NCBI RefSeq assembly: GCF_006345805.1 | Contig: NC_043019.1 | Coordinates: 19,219,360-19,283,359, forward strand | Reading direction: 5' to 3' | Source of the DNA: Octopus sinensis | Lineage: Eukaryota | Length of the DNA: 64,000 nt | In this document: positions 27,272-37,719 of the stretch, piece by piece | Position numbering within the stretch: the stretch's first letter is position 1 | Layout of the letters: every line of letters begins with the position of its first letter | Program-made: the position numbers and the translations under genes | Notes under the pieces: model-generated | The model's database searches: none | What the model was told of the DNA's origin: nothing | What the model saw: only the letters and a program-made list of their open reading frames with translations

Positions 27272-30200
27272 CTGTTGGATCAGGTAATGAAGGTCACGGA
27301 GAGGGTCATAGCCCAACTAATTAGAGAGAGAGTTAGTTTAGATGAGATGCAGTTTGGGTTCGTGCCAGGGAAAAGTACCACTGATGCTATATTTCTGGTG
27401 AGACAGCTGCAGGAGAATTACCTAGCCAAAGATAAGCCCCTGTACCTGGCTTTTGTTGACATGGAGAAAGCCTTCGACAGGGTCACCTGATCCCTTATCT
27501 GGTGGTCAATGAGGAAACTAGGGATAGATGAATGGTTAGTGAGAGCTGCACAAGCCATGTACAGGGACGCTGCTAGTAAGGTGAGGGTTGGCGACGAGTA
27601 CAGTGAAGAATTCCGGGTAGAGGTTGGGGTCCACCAAGGTTCAGTCCTCAGCCCCCTCCCATTTATCATAGTCCTCCAGGCAATAACGGAGGAATTCAAG
27701 ACAGGTTGCCCCTGGGAGCTCCTCTATGCTGATGACCTTGCTCTAATTGCTGAGTCGCTATCAGAACTGGAGGAGAGGTTTCAGGTGTGGAAACAAGGAT
27801 TAGAATTGAAGGGCCTTAGAGTCAACCTAGATAAAACCAAAGTCCTAATAAGTAGGAAGGTTGACAAATCACAAACGCCTTCAGGTAGATGGCCCCGCTC
27901 AATCTGTAGAAAAGGCATAGGTAGAAACTCAATAAGATGCACCAAATGTAAGCTATGGACACATAAGAGGTGCAGCAATGTCAAAGGAAGGCTAACTAGG
28001 AAAATAGTTTTTGCATGTGGCAGATGCTCAGGAGCAATAAACACTGAAAATGCGCAGAGAGCAACTTTCCCCACATTCCAGGGAGAAAAACTAGAAATAG
28101 TTGATAGCTTCTGTTACTTAGGTTACTTCCGTTACTTAGGGGCAGGTGTGCTGAAAGTGTAACTGCTAGAGTAAGAATAGCCTGGGCAAAGTTCAGAGAG
28201 CTCTTACCTCTGCTGGTGACAAAAGGCCTCTCGCTCAGAGTAAAAGGCAGACTGGATGACGCATGTGTATGAACAGCCATGCTACATGGCAGTGAAACAT
28301 GGGCCGTAACTGCTGAGGACATGCATAAGCTCGCAAGAAATGAAGCCAGTATTCTCCGATCGATGTGTAATGTCAGTGTTCATACTTGACAGAGTGTAAG
28401 TACCTTGAGAGAAAAGCTGGACCTAAGAAGCATCAGTTGTGGTGTGCAAGAGAGACGTTTGCGCTGGTATGGTCATGTGGCAAGAATGGATGAAGATAGT
28501 TGTGTGAAAAAGTGCCACACCCTAGCGGTTGAGGGACCCTGTGGAAAAGGTAGACCCAGGAAAACCTAGAACGAGGTGGTGAAGCATGACCTTCGAACTT
28601 TAGGTCTCACCGAGGAAATGACTAGAGACCGAGACCTATGGAAGCCTGCTGTGTGTGAGAAGACCTGGCAAGACTAGTGAGATCATAACCCGTGGCCTCT
28701 ACATGGGATGGAGCCAGTCCACTTATGCATAACTTTCCTTCTTGGGACACAAAACTCTACTTGTGAAGACCTGTTGAGGCAAGTGAAAATCGAAATCGAT
28801 CAACATCAATTGAAAATGCAGCTATGATACCAGTGCTGGGGGCATGTAAGAGAACCATACGAACTGGCCGTTGCCAGTACTGCCCTGACTGGCCTCCATG
28901 CCGGTGGCACGTAAAAAGCGCCATATGACCGTGGCTGTTGCCAGCCTCGCCTGGCCTCTGTGCTGGTGGCACGTAAAAAGCACCATGTGATCATGGCTGT
29001 TGCCAGCCTCGCCTGGCCTCTGTGCCAGTGGCACATAAAAAGCACCATCTGATCGTGGCCGTTTGCCAGCCTCGTCTGGCACCTGTGTCGATGGCACATA
29101 AAAGCACCCACTACACTCACGGAGTTGTTGGCGTTAGAAAGGGCATCCAGCCGTAGAAACATTGCCAGATTAGACTGGGCCTGGTGCAGCCTTCTGGCTT
29201 CCCAGACCCCAGTTGAACCATCCAACCCATGCTAGCATGGAAAGCGGACGCTAAACGATGATGATGATATATACATGTATATGTATATGTATATATACAT
29301 GCATACATACATGCACATATAATGGTTTAATGATGAACTAATCAGTGCTATGTTTGATCTTTAATTTCAGCCAACCAAAAGCAATCGAGACCAGCTACAT
29401 TTAATATGAATGAAGATATGCAAACCCGTAAGACACCTATTGACGATTCAAATTTCATGCCGGCTAAAAATCAGTATTATGTACTCCCAGATGGCACACC
29501 TGTCTGTATCACTTTGAACACACCTTCTCTCACCTCTCAACAAGCAGCAACACAACCCAACACCACTGGCATAACTTCAGGTAACTAACAATAAGCTACT
29601 CTGTGTGATTGTGTCAGATTGTGTGTCTAATCCTCTGATTAGTGTTCTGATTGCTTGTCCGTCTGTTTGATCATCTGACTTCCCTTTTACCTGCCTACTT
29701 CACTGTTTAGCTATCTAATTACCTGTCTAGCAATCTGCCTTCTAGACAATGCCTGCCTCTACCTGTCTCCAAGAGCCTGTGTTTTATTGTCTGTGTGATT
29801 GATAGCTTACACCCACATTGGGGGCCTTCTGAAAGGAATTCTGAGAGTAATGAAAAGCATTTCAAATGGACTATGAAAATAGGAAACTTCCCAACATAAA
29901 TACTGTAGAAATCAGTTTATTTAGGGATAAATAATCTTTATTAAGGATTATATCATTAAAGACAAAAAAATAACCTGTACACACACTCCAAACCTCCAGC
30001 ATTAACAACACATATGCCTGCAAACAACTCATACATGGGACACATGTGTACACATGGTAGTTACCTGTACATGTATCCATATGTGTGTTCTTGTGTGTGT
30101 GTGTGTACATACATATAGATATATTCATGCATACATGTATAGGGAAAAAGAGAACACATATGCTGAACTATGGAGAAATCTGCAGTCACTCTATCCAGAT

Positions 30201-33200
30201 TACAAGTTCAGGTTTATACGTTTAATTATTGGAGCACTGGGGTATATAACACAATGCCTAAATACCAATCTTGAGAAATTAGGCTTCTCAAAACCAGAAA
30301 GGAGAAAGCTAATTTGAAGACTACAGATCCAGTCCATCACTGGAACTGTAGAAATCTGTAAAACATTCCAGAAGTTTACCATTTTAATATATATAAGAAT
30401 ATCTAGATATGCAAGTATATGCATGAGAATACATACCTAAAACAAAATATACAAATCTGCACGTATAGATACATACATACAAACAAAAATACCGTGTTGT
30501 TGATGTTGAAATTCCAATGAAAGAGCCTTGGATCTAGGTTTGAAACTGGCTCTTTCTCTATTGGCAAGAAATCTTGAAATAGTTGACACATACATACAAA
30601 CACTCATACATACAATTATACACATACATACATACATATGTGCACGAACTTGTGCCTATGTACGTATGTGAGGTCTAATCAACAAGTATCCTGACTGGTT
30701 TTATAAAAACAAAACTACATGTACCAATTTGGCATTTAATTTCCTTCAAAGTAGACCCCTTTGGAAGCCATGCACTTATTCCAGCATTGTGTCCATTCAT
30801 GGAAGCATTCCTGGAACTCATTTTCTGGGATAATCAGCAGTTGCCTAGTGGCACTCACTTTGATTTCCTCAATGTCCTGGAATCTTCTCTCTTTCAACGA
30901 GTATTTGATTTTTGGAAAGAGGAAAGAGTTGCAGTGGCTGTTGGACCTGGAAAATGCTGTGCCTAACCAAAACCTGCTGCACAAGCTGCACTGAAGGGGT
31001 GGGTGCATTGTCATGGTGCAATTGCCACTCACCGAACGCATGCAGTTGTGGCCTTTTCTGATGAATAGCATTCTGCAATCACTGCTAAATGTCACGGTAG
31101 TAGTCTTTGTTTCCTGTCTGACCAGGTGGAGCATACTCATGATGAAGAATCCCCTTGTACTTGAAGAAAATGGTCAACAGTTTCTTCACATTGTTTCAGT
31201 CTCGGAGAGATTGGAGGTCTTCCACTGCAAAGATTGAGCCTTTTTTTGGGGTCATAGCTATAGATATATGATTCATCACCCATTATGATGATTCCAAAAA
31301 GTTTTTATCGTTCTTGGCACAGAAAAGGAGATCTCGGGCAACTGAAACCCCAAAGTCTTTTTGTTCAGCTGAAAGCAGTTTTGGCAGAGACTTGGCAGAC
31401 ATGCATCTCACACCCAAATCTTCAGTGATAATGGACTGTAACTAATCTGCACATCCTCTGATAACTCACGGATGGCAATTCGATGATTTTACCTCACAGG
31501 GCTGCACGTACATCTGTGATGTTTTTCTCAGTTCTGCTGGTTGTGGGTCTCCCAGAACATTTGTCAATATTAACATTTTTTGGCCCTCTTCGAAATGTCT
31601 GAACCACTCATACACTTGTGTGCAGTTCATACACTCTTCTCCATACACTTTCTGCAACTTTGTGTAGACCTCTGAGCAGGTATTGCCAAGCTTTTGGCAA
31701 AGTTTGATGTAGATTCTCTGTTCAACTTTCTCTGTCATGGTCAATGCCATAATCACACGCTACACACGTTCCTTCCAAGCACTGCTGTAAACAGTGGAAG
31801 TGAGCTAGAATGTTAATAGTGTACATGCATAGCAGAGTTCACGGTCAATCTGTGCCAAACAGCTTCCCTCTGTGTGCTTTAGCTTCATCACTATGGCAAC
31901 AGTCCAGATACTTATTGGTCAGACCACGTACATGATGACTGCAAACCAATGATTTAGTATGGCCATCGCCTGATAGAAAGTCTTACACAAGCAATGCTCA
32001 TATAGGACTCTTCATTCCAGCCAAAGACCACACGGTTGACAAGTGTGAATGATGTTGGAGCTCTTTTGCGATTTATCCTTGTGTATTTTCATATGGTGCT
32101 TGAGGCCTCCTGAGGAGGCACATTATTATCCACAACTCTGACACCTTTTCATTTCATACTCAGTGTAGTCCACGGCTGGTTTGGTAAGATGACTGCATTG
32201 AGGGCTTTTCACTCCTACCATACTCAGATAAATGCACCTACATCAATTACAAGTTACTTCATTGCCCAGATGAAATTTCGATAACAGCTCAGGGTGTCCT
32301 TTCTAGCGTTTCTTTCACACTTCTGATGTTCCCTTCTCTGTAATTCAGATTCTTTTGTCCCCTTTTTGATGCTTTTTTTCCAACTTCCTTCCTCTAATGC
32401 TTTATTTTCCCACTCATCCAATTCGTGTCTTAATCAATGTTTGCTTCACATAACCCTTGAACCCCATCTTTAGTTTATATCTTGGGTGCTTCCCTTGAGC
32501 TAGTTGCTTTGGTATCCTTTGGTCATCCATTCTCACCACATTCCCACACCACCCAAGACGGTGCTGTTGAATGATAATTTCCATAATAGAGTAGCTACTC
32601 CCTACTAACACCTCCATTTGATTCCTGCAAAATAGCAGGAATCAACTGGAGGATGAAAGCATTTATGAAAGTGTTCCAGCCTCTTCAGAAGCCACCTAAG
32701 GTGTGGCACCTCAGATTTACATGCATCAAGCAGCAAAGAGAATGCACTACTTTTGTACGCTTTCATTTCTGTATCCTTCAAAATCCCACACTGTTATCAA
32801 AGACAATTGTTCAATTTTCCAAAAGTGTCACTTGCTTTCCCGATGCAAAGGAAGATTTTGTCATCCTGAGTACCAGAACTGTTTAGGCTACTTCCCAAGT
32901 ATACAAAGATGTCTGCAACCTTGTGCCGCTTTCCATAAACAAACACTGTTGACCAATTCTATTCTCTTTTTCTTAAGAAGTTCTTGTATGCTTTGATTAC
33001 AAACCAATCTTTGTGCGTTCAGGACATAAAAACAAGCACCTCTCTGCAAATTTTGATAACATTTTCTCTGAAATAATCCCAGCTGTTATGTCAGGTCACT
33101 CTTGGGCACCACCGGTAACATGCAACCCAGTACAACTTGCTGTACAGTCTGGTTGTTGGCAACTAAACTGGCAACCCCATCAAGCTTGCTTGATGAGGAG

Positions 33201-35399
33201 GGTGACTGTTCAATACCCTGCAGGACATAAATTAAACCCTGTCAAAGGGTGGAAGAACTCATGAATAGTCAACGCCCATCCAGCAATATATATATACATA
33301 TGTACACATGCATGCATATGCGGAGACATGGAAATTCTTGGGTTGGTGTCCAGGCATGTGGCTAGCCCACTGTGTATGTTGTTGTCACAACATACATACA
33401 CACATATTCATATACATATACATACATGCTTGCATGCACATATAATGTTTAATGATGAACTAATCAGTGATATGTTTGATCTTTAATTTCAGCCAACCAA
33501 AAGCAACCGAGACCAGCTACATTTAATAAGGACGTAGGTATGCAGACCAATATGACATCTAGTGACGATTCAAATTTGATGCAGGCTAAAAATCAGTATT
33601 ATGTACTCCCAGATGGCACACCTGTCTATATCACTTTGAACACACCTTCTCTCACCTCTCAACAAGCAGCAACACAACCCAACACCACTGGCATAACTTC
33701 AGGTAACTAACAACAAGCTACTCTGTGTGATTGTGTCAGATTGTGTGTCTAATCCTCTGATTAGTGTTCTGATTGCTGGTCTGTCTGTTTGATCATCTGA
33801 CTTCCCTTTTACCTGCCTACTTCACTGTTTAGCTATCTAATTACCTGTCTAGCAATCTGCCTTCTAGGCAATGCCTGCCTCTACCTGTCTCCAAGAGCCT
33901 GTGTTTTATTGTCTGTGTGATTGATAGCTTACACCCACATTGGGGGCCTTCTGAAAGGAATTCTGAGAGTAATGAAAAGCATTTCAAATGGACTATGAAA
34001 ATAGGAAACTTCCCAACATAAATACTGTAGAAATCAGTTTATTTAGGGATAAATAATCTTTATTAAGGATTATATCATTAAAGACAAAAAAATAACCTGT
34101 ACACACACTCCAAACCTCCAGCATTAACAACACATATGCCTGCAAACAACTCATACATGGGACACATGTGTACACAGGGTAGTTACGCAATATGTACAAC
34201 TCACATACATGTGTACACACACATACAAGATACGCATACATGCATTCAGACCACACATACATAGCACAAACACAGCAACTGCAAACACGAACAAGTTTGG
34301 CACAAATACATTGCACACACACACACACACACACATGAAATAATCATTAAAACTCGATATTTATGCAGAAAAGAAGAGCAGCAAAGGTGATGCAGGCCGA
34401 AATACCTGAGCAGTGATCTGACTGCTGACCACTGATGGACATCTGCCACTTAAAGTGATGATTCCATTCTACCCCGGGTGCCCACAGTTCACATTGTCTA
34501 TCTACACAGTATGGAGTCAGTTCCTTTTCTGCATAACAAACGAAGCCATTCCTCTCAGACTAGCAGAGTCGTCTCTTCTTTTCAGTTGACTAAAACTTTG
34601 GTTTATGTCAAGTTGATTCTAGGTTTTGCTTCCAGGTCTGGAAATTCTTGTCTATGTCTGCTCCAAGGAGTAGGCTATCAGCATGTAGGAGTGGCCATCC
34701 GACTGCTGGTCTTAATCTTCTCTGCAATGGGAGATTCAGTGTCTGTCCTCTGCATATGAAAGGAAATGTTCTCTTACTTAATGATGGTCAAGAGGTTCAT
34801 GCAGAGGATCATGTTTTCCTCTAACCATCCGACTATCATGTGTGTAGCATTGGCATGGTAACGGCTTTAATTTCAGCCATCCGAAAGCAATCAAAACCAG
34901 CCACATTTAATAAGGATGTAGGTATGTAGACCAATATGACATGTAGTGACGATTCAAATTTGATGCAGGCTAAAAATCAGTATGATGTACTCCCAGATGG
35001 CACACCTGTCTGTATCACTTTGAACACACCTTCTCTCACCTCTCAACAAGCAGCAACACAACCCAACACCACTGCCAAAACTCCAGGTAACTAACAACAA
35101 GCTACTCTGTGTGATTGTGTCAGATTGTGTGTCTTATCCTCTGACCATCACTCTGATTGCTAGTCTGCCTTTTGCATGCCTACTTCACGGTTTCCTTTCT
35201 TCTCTCCCTCTTATAGGTATGTATGTATGGCTGGCCAGTAACGTATTTTTCTGCAATATTTGGATAATTTATCCTGTCCAGGCTATTTTATTAGCAGTAT
35301 CACATGTTTGAGAATAAATTGTTTCTCTATCTTTCAATTCATCTCAACGCTTCTAAAGGAAACTTTGTTTAGTTTCATTGTAAGTTGTATGTATGCACA

Positions 35400-35431
<32 letters not shown>

Positions 35432-35910
35432 GGGAAATATCTGTTTGCGTGATAACAGGTGATAGGAAGGGCATCTGACTAGAAAACTTGCCTCAATCAA
35501 CTGTGAGACTCATGTAAGCATCGAGAATGGTCATTAAAATGATGATGACGGTGATGACGATGATGATAATGATGATAATGGCAACCCTGAACCAGAATTG
35601 AAGACAGAAATATTTCAGTTCATGAACGTCACGCCATCTCATTGTCTCTTCTCTTATAAGAACAGAACTCAGTGGTTTAGTGAAAAACTAATCAACTCTA
35701 TCTTTGATTTTTCAGCCAGCCCAGCACAGTCAAAGAGATCTAGACTGAAGGAGGATGTAGGTGTGCAGGCTGGTGAGATACCTGACAATTCAATGAAGAC
35801 ACAGGTCAGCAATCAGAACTATGTGCTTCCAGATGGCTCACCTCTCCATTTCACTTTCAACAGGCCACCAAAAGCAACAGTGCAACCTACTTTGAATAGA
35901 AAAATTCCAG
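3179..35910 (+). CDS. Uncharacterised multi-exon gene (partial) with tandem exons encoding LC8/DYNLL-type QT motifs: join(3179..3412,3886..4095,5335..5559,12447..12632,20957..21166,29371..29580,33493..33702,35716..35910)
   Basis: Eight homologous exons, each TTCAG|..CAG/AAG|GT, each a multiple of 3 and phase 1-1. Spliced length is 1680 nt with no stop. Start and end of the gene are not securely located. Confidence 0.8.
3886..4095 (+). CDS. QT-repeat exon 2 (210 nt): ...TGGVGVQTVE...YKINIQ...SPLHITVNQPRHTC...
   Basis: Acceptor TTTCTTTCATTTCAG; donor CCAG|GTAACA; open; homologous to exon 1. Confidence 0.85.
5335..5559 (+). CDS. QT-repeat exon 3 (225 nt): ...MKDLSVQTGE...SPISIHVNVPPHDC...
   Basis: Acceptor TAATTTCAG; donor CCAG|GTAAGT; open. 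Confidence 0.85.
5594..8090 (+). mobile_element. Degenerate, internally deleted Ty3/gypsy LTR retrotransposon
   Basis: Diverged LTRs at about 5594-5823 (TG..CA, followed by PBS-like TAGTGGCAAC) and about 7822-8070 (preceded by polypurine AAAAAGGGAGGAGGGG). Gag zinc knuckle KCFHCGNTGHIKSYC at about 7080-7125. RT N-terminus KEKATPIFRP...VPF...ELERLE...SDWAAPTVYVKK at 7640-7800. Confidence 0.75.
6150..6398 (-). mobile_element. tRNA-derived SINE (family B) inserted in the LTR element
   Basis: Minus-strand head GGTGGCGAGCTGGCAGAATCGTT...GAGTTCAAATTC and body GTCGACTTTGCCTTTCATCCTTTCGGGG. Related copies at 37720-38312 and 45380-45560. Confidence 0.75.
9892..11172 (+). mobile_element. Mariner DNA transposon, full length, transposase pseudogene
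   Basis: TIRs TGGGGTCATCCCATAAATAATGCG / TGCATTATTTATGGAATGACCCAA, with left TA. Remnants MEVTRENIWHILLYEF, WVPHKL, IVTSDKKW, HQDNA, HPPYLPDIAPS carry stops and frameshifts. Confidence 0.9.
12447..12632 (+). CDS. QT-repeat exon 4 (186 nt): ...PPKRPKQVGDMSVQTDD...HVYINVKVPPHNC...
   Basis: Acceptor TTTTTCTTCCTTTCAG; donor CAAG|GTAACT; open. Confidence 0.85.
13267..16987. repeat. 85-bp tandem satellite, array 1 (about 44 units)
   Basis: Unit TTTTAGGGAGCAGCAACATCCCCTGAGAGGAGAACCTAATCTTAAGAAGGGAACCTATTCCTACAAAAGAAAGCCACATCCATAC. The period of 85 was counted directly. There are no spacers. Confidence 0.97.
17866..20850 (+). mobile_element. RTE-clade LINE, older and degenerate, with internal deletions (APE + RT) and (TGA)n tail
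   Basis: APE motifs LRVGTLNIGTLNGR, CCIQEVRW, SAYGPQ, AGNFNGHVG. RT/C-terminal remnants HQG..LSPLLF, LHWYGHV, GRPRRTW. The 3' UTR ends in GATGAT repeats at about 20850. Confidence 0.9.
20957..21166 (+). CDS. QT-repeat exon 5 (210 nt): ...TFNNDVGMQTRN...YYVLPDGKPVCITLNTPSHTC...
   Basis: Acceptor GATCTTTAATTTCAG; donor TCAG|GTAACT; open. Confidence 0.85.
21228..23544 (+). mobile_element. Chapaev3-like (CMC superfamily) DNA transposon, degenerate transposase
   Basis: Termini CACTGGTCAACAA / TTGTTGGCCAGTG with a 3-bp TTA TSD (21225-27, 23545-47). Remnants CRNQPDVFCYVCG, GDLKVI, TKYCCFLCLWDSR, HIKLG-like LYIKLGLMKQFVK, HLDFF..NLGAVSDEHGERFHQDI. Confidence 0.85.
23555..24652 (+). repeat. Recent intronic segmental duplication, near-identical to 33775-34866 and partially to 29650-30056
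   Basis: Direct sequence identity, with duplicate ORFs in the track (23777/33993, 24263/34478). It contains an eroded antisense RTE fragment (QTWKQNLES...TKVLV) at about 24250-24500. Confidence 0.9.
24880..25113 (+). repeat. Unique-type left flank shared by both satellite arrays (copy of about 13040-13266)
   Basis: About 230 bp near-identical, from the (CT)n run to GTAAAAATTAGCTG, directly before each array. Confidence 0.9.
25114..26820. repeat. 85-bp tandem satellite, array 2 (about 20 units)
   Basis: Same unit as array 1; 1707 bp. Confidence 0.97.
27272..29270 (+). mobile_element. RTE-clade LINE, 5'-truncated (RT to 3' UTR), younger subfamily
   Basis: QFGFVPGKSTTDAIF, FVDMEKAFD, HQGSVLSP, LYADDL. 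Single-unit 3' UTR with (TGA)n tail. It begins in a (TG)n tract. Confidence 0.92.
29371..29580 (+). CDS. QT-repeat exon 6 (210 nt): ...TFNMNEDMQTRK...YYVLPDGTPVCITLNTPSLTS...
   Basis: Acceptor ends 29370; donor TCAG|GTAACT at 29581; open. Confidence 0.8.
30143..30590 (+). mobile_element. 3' end of an RLE-type (R4/NeSL-like) non-LTR retrotransposon
   Basis: EKENTYAELWRNLQSLYPDY...IIGALG...LEKLGF...LQIQSITGTVEICKTF resembles the restriction-like endonuclease C-terminus. Confidence 0.6.
30669..31928 (-). mobile_element. Mariner DNA transposon (second family), degenerate
   Basis: TIRs GAGGTCTAATCAACAAGTATCCTGACTG / CAGTCCAGATACTTATTGGTCAGACC. Remnants MTEKVEQRIYIKLC...VYEWF, LHHDNA, FLFPKIK, YFEGN*. 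Confidence 0.88.
32020..33000 (-). mobile_element. RTE-BovB-like LINE 3' remnant
   Basis: FVYLGSSL...GKASDTFGKL, HRLGWCGNVVRMDDQRIPKQL, and a terminal CQSCG..GLKHHMKIH-like motif. Confidence 0.65.
33493..33702 (+). CDS. QT-repeat exon 7 (210 nt): ...TFNKDVGMQTNM...YYVLPDGTPVYITLNTP...
   Basis: Acceptor ends 33492; donor TCAG|GTAACT; open. Confidence 0.82.
34877..35086 (+). pseudogene. QT-repeat exon 8, pseudoexon (or 45-nt truncated exon)
   Basis: Paralogue of exon 7 with CAG>TAG at 34927-29 (the Q of MQT). The native acceptor context is deleted upstream of 34865. Confidence 0.8.
35716..35910 (+). CDS. QT-repeat exon 9 (195 nt): ...KRSRLKEDVGVQAGE...YVLPDGSPLHFTFNRP...
   Basis: Acceptor CTAAT..TTTGATTTTTCAG; donor CCAG|GTAACT; open. 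Confidence 0.82.
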
Positions 35911-36879
35911 GTAACTCAACCACCTGCTTCTCTGTGCAGCTGTGTGTCTACCTACTCGTTAGATTGTCTGATTTAATCTCTTACCTGCCAGCATGCTTGG
36001 TTGCCTGTCTAATCATCTATCAGTTCAATTGTACCTCTGTTTTTCTGAATGTTGGCCTGATGGCCTGACTACCTTTTCTCATTGTCTATCTGTCTTTTAC
36101 TTTGTGTGTCTATTTAATCATTTGACTCCCTGTCTGTCTGCCTGCCTGTTTATCAGTCTGTCTGTGTGTTAGTCTTGTTATCTAGATTTTAATATTTTAC
36201 TTGGCTACTTTGCTTATCACCCTTTGACTGTCTCTTTGTCTCTGTTCAACTGACTGAATGATCATTTGTGTTTTTGTCCATCAGACATACAATACTACTG
36301 TCTGCTTTCTGTACACTCATATGTTTAATGGCCTGTCTTTCACTGTTTGTATGCCTGTCAATCTACACCAACGTTGGAGTTATCTTTCATTAAAGAAATG
36401 CCAAAACTATTTTTAAATATTTCAAAAACAACCCCACCACACAAAATAGGAATCTCATTCACACAAATATTGTCGAAAATTTAGGAGAACATACTTCCTT
36501 ATAAGGATTATATCAATACAGAAAAAATAACCTCACACAAGGAAACTGTTCATGTAGAAACTGTTATCTCTGAATCTTAAGCACACACAACACATGTAGA
36601 CAAACACCTCATATGCAGCCCATATGTACAAACACAACACATGTAGACAAACACACACACACCATGCACACCACATCACGCATATGAGTACACATGCACA
36701 CACATAATGTACACGCTCATCCAAGTCATAAATACATTCAAGGTGGATCCATCCATGTTTTGTACAAACATATCACAAACACAGGGAGATGTTGTTGAAA
36801 ATAAGATATTTATTTATACATATTACTGATATTGCTGTGAGACTTGAATAAACATTATTACAGGCTGAAAAACATTACA

Positions 36880-37260
36880 GCAAATATGAGTTTTTCTAAG
36901 CATTCCAGCGTCGCCTTACTGGCACTTGTGCCAGTGGCACATGAAAAACATTCGAGCGAGGTTGTTGCCAGTGTCGCTGAACTGGCTCCTGTGCAGGTGG
37001 CATGTGAAAAACACCACTTGAGTGTGGTCATTGCCAGTACCGCCTGACTGGCCCTTGTGCCAGTGACATGTAAAAGCACCCATCACACTCTCGGAGTGGT
37101 TGGCGTTAGGAAAGGCATCCAGCTGTAGAAACATTGCCAGATCAGAATGGAACCTGGTGCAGCCATATGGTTCACCAGTCCTCAGTCAAATCGTCCAACC
37201 CATGCTTGCATGGAAAGCGGACGTTGAACGATGATGATGATGATGGTGATGGTGATGATG
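36880..37260 (+). mobile_element. RTE 3' UTR-derived fragment (SINE-like) with (TGA)n tail
   Basis: GTGCCAGTGGCAC repeats, GGAGTGGTTGGCGTTAGGAAAGGCATCC, and CATGGAAAGCGGACGTT followed by TGA repeats. Confidence 0.75.
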
Positions 37261-37439
37261 ATTCCATTAAGTATCTTTCAATATTCAACCCTGGCAACTG
37301 AACTCAATACAAAAAGAGATGTGGCTCAATACCACCAGGCGTTTTATCTAGTGCTCTACAGTTTCTGACAGTGGCCACCTAATAATAATAAATTCCCTAA
37401 TAACTGATGTACCAATCCTAACAGATAACAATATATTTC

Positions 37440-37650
37440 TAAAAGAAATAGAGAAACTATTGATATAGAAATCAAAATAACTCAAATATGGAGCATGAAA
37501 GCAGAAACAATCCCTGTGATAATAAATGCTTCAGATGTGATCCCAAAACATGCAAACAAATACATAGCAAAAACACAAGGACTTATGAATCTACATAACT
37601 TACAGAGAAAGCAAGGCACCACACACATGTTATGTAGGGAAAATCACACC
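37440..37650 (+). mobile_element. R4/Dong-like RLE C-terminal remnant
   Basis: IEIK.TQIWSMKAETIPVII...KHANKYI.KTQGL.NLHNLQ..GTTHML. Confidence 0.55.
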
Positions 37651-37719
37651 ACCACACATAGCCAAGACACACAGAGTTGTGCAGTGAAAACATACAATAA
37701 AACTGAAGCTAAAATAGTA

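Noticed and set aside
3325-35875. Calcineurin PxIxIT docking motif in the exon repeats (SPLHIT, SPISIH, TPVYIT)
   Set aside because: The proline is one position out of register with PxIxIT, so this was treated as an unnamed beta-strand motif.
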